From an uncultured Parachlamydiaceae bacterium (GTDB lineage Bacteria > Chlamydiota > Chlamydiia > Chlamydiales > Parachlamydiaceae), in contig CAVVXH010000002.1 in assembly GCA_963752155.1 (NCBI GenBank), positions 224,001-288,000 on the forward strand: DNA of 64,000 nt, written 5' to 3'. Below the pieces are notes generated by a model. It worked only from the letters and a program-made list of their open reading frames with translations, made no database searches and had not been told where the DNA came from. Shown piece after piece: positions 62,268-64,000 of the stretch. The position numbers were made by a program, and so were the translations under genes. Within the stretch, counting starts at the first letter, position 1. Each line of letters starts with the position of its first letter.

Positions 62268-63674
62268 ATGATGAAAGAATGGCTCAATTGGATGAATGTA
62301 TGTGTGGTTGCAGCCATTTTGCTGTTGCTGCTTGGAGCTTTCTATTATATTCACAACAAGAACCGTTGCCCCTAGAAGTACAAGAAGTCCTTGCCAACAA
62401 AAAACAATTGCCTGCTTCCTCTTTTGAGCAAACGCAAGAGGCCTACAATGCGATGGAGAATCCACTTTGCAACTCAAATCCGAACCCATAGGGTTGCAAC
62501 TCCCAGATCTTCGTAAATCATTGGTCTATTACGGAAGAAATAACAGGCCCGATGCAGATCCCAACAGTACCATGATGCATTTTGGTTTTTCTGGCAATAA
62601 ATCCCATCAATCAATATTACCCAAAGTTCCTACTTATATCATTTACGATAAGAGGCAATCTCCACCGCGTTATGAGTTCAGTCCAGGAAATAAAGAATCT
62701 TCTATTTGGATTGAAGTCAACCGGAAGGTAATAACGCGACAATAAATGTTAAGATGAAAAATGATCTCGATGAAATTGTTTCTAATCCCGCAGCCTATGC
62801 AACTTTTAACTTACCAGAAAAACCATTAGGGCGGGTCGATAATGCTACCTGGGAAATAGGTAAAAATCGGGTCGATGGCACCTTTATTACTCGACAAAAA
62901 GCTAAATGGACCGGCATCGATAAATTTTTAGAAAGACATGGTGGCAAGGAGTATGAGCACTTCTGGGAAAACAACGGATTGATTTTGACGATGCAGATAG
63001 AGGTTATTCCGTTTATATTCAGAATGGAGACATCTTAATTTGGGACAATAATCGTTGGAATAATGCCGTACCCGGGACCCAGAGACTCTTGGAAAACCTC
63101 TTTTAGTCGTTAAGAAAGTGGAAGAACGACTGATGTCTTTTGATCTATGGGATAATGATGGGAAGGTCAAAATGACCCTTAACCTATTAAAAACCAGTGA
63201 ATCTCCTCCCTCGATTGAATATTTTGCAGGGATTCAAATATGTTAGGATCAAGGACCCGTTCACAGTTTGTCTTTGAATTAAATAAAGAAAGGATTACAC
63301 TAAGTCCTCTGGACTGGCTTCTTTATACCGAAAAAAAATGGATAAAACTTACGACCATTGATGGTATTGATGCTTACGTAGATCATAAGATCACCGGATT
63401 TTTATTTATTTTCGAGGGAATTGAAAAACGAGAAGATCATCAAGTCATGGTGGGTACCCTTTTTAATAAAACTGGATCCGACTTCGTGCATGTTGAATTA
63501 GTCATGGAAACAGGCAGCAATTTATTACCGACGATTTCGCCTGCAGCACCCCCTCGAAGTACACCCCAGGGACAAAAAAAAGGAGATTTTCGAAAGGAAG
63601 TTCTGGATGAAAAAGCACAGAGTATGGAACTCCATCCCCACACTAAGGACATACGTAAATATCAACCCCATTGA
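62268..63674 (+). CDS. Conserved chlamydial protein upstream of gspD (CT573-like), broken into several frames
   Basis: N-terminal TM, LQLPDLR...YYGRNNRPDA, WEIGKNRVDGT...DKFLERHGGKEY, DWLL across consecutive ORFs. Confidence 0.6.
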
Positions 63675-63678
63675 GATA

Positions 63679-64000
63679 ATGATGAAATTATTACTGTTAT
63701 TAGCCTTATTTTCATTGCCATTGGCACAACTTCAAAGTCAAACGATAGCTGAAAAGAAAGCAGGCATTTCTTCCGGTAGTGAAGATCTATCGCCTGAATT
63801 GAAGAACTTTTGCAGCAAGTGAACAAAGAGATGATAACGCTGCAGAACGAGCTTAAAATCCAATATGCTAAGCTCCAAAAGCTTTACGAAGGGAAAGCCC
63901 CAGAATGTAACTATGAACCCTTACTCAAGCAGTCAATGCGATAAAAATAAAAATTCGCTCTTTGCAAGAACAGTGGCACCAGAAAGCGATTTCGGGTTCA
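63679..64000 (+). CDS. gspD: Probable chlamydial type II secretion secretin GspD, 5' part, with frameshifts
   Basis: Signal peptide then QTIAEKKAG...DLSPELKNF(shift)LQQVNKE, which I recall as the parachlamydial GspD N-terminus; secretin domain lies outside the window. Confidence 0.55.

Overview
AT-rich bacterial chromosome segment, most consistent with an environmental chlamydia (Chlamydiota, Parachlamydiales-like). This rests on rpsD, recC, long hpf, a CT017-like SH3 protein, a chlamydial-type GspD N-terminus and many eukaryote-like effector genes. Housekeeping genes (acyl-CoA dehydrogenase, rpsD, ABC-F, kdpFAB, M18 peptidase, recC, hpf, HI0933 flavoprotein) alternate with a large accessory zone. 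That zone holds candidate host-directed effectors (three F-box proteins, U-box/ankyrin, RhoGAP, AvrB-like Fido protein, kinase-like protein, Inc-like protein, a large PEP-synthase-like dikinase), two toxin-antitoxin pairs, and three intact plus two remnant ATPase/PD-(D/E)XK genes. Five things stand out. (1) Several families of long, nested, modular palindromic elements in intergenic gaps, one with arm-to-arm covariation. (2) A DUF692/DUF2063 (MNIO) pair with no canonical precursor but preceded by a possible 36-codon Cys-rich ORF. (3) A UDP-xylose synthesis and glycosyltransferase set whose proteins all start with signal-peptide-like sequences. (4) Orphan duplicated gene 3' tails and genes with their middles deleted. 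(5) kdpFAB without kdpC. Frameshifts in conserved genes, mainly after 52 kb, suggest indel errors in the assembly. I found no CRISPR array, tRNA, rRNA, integrase or transposase. All family assignments are from motif recognition, not database searches.
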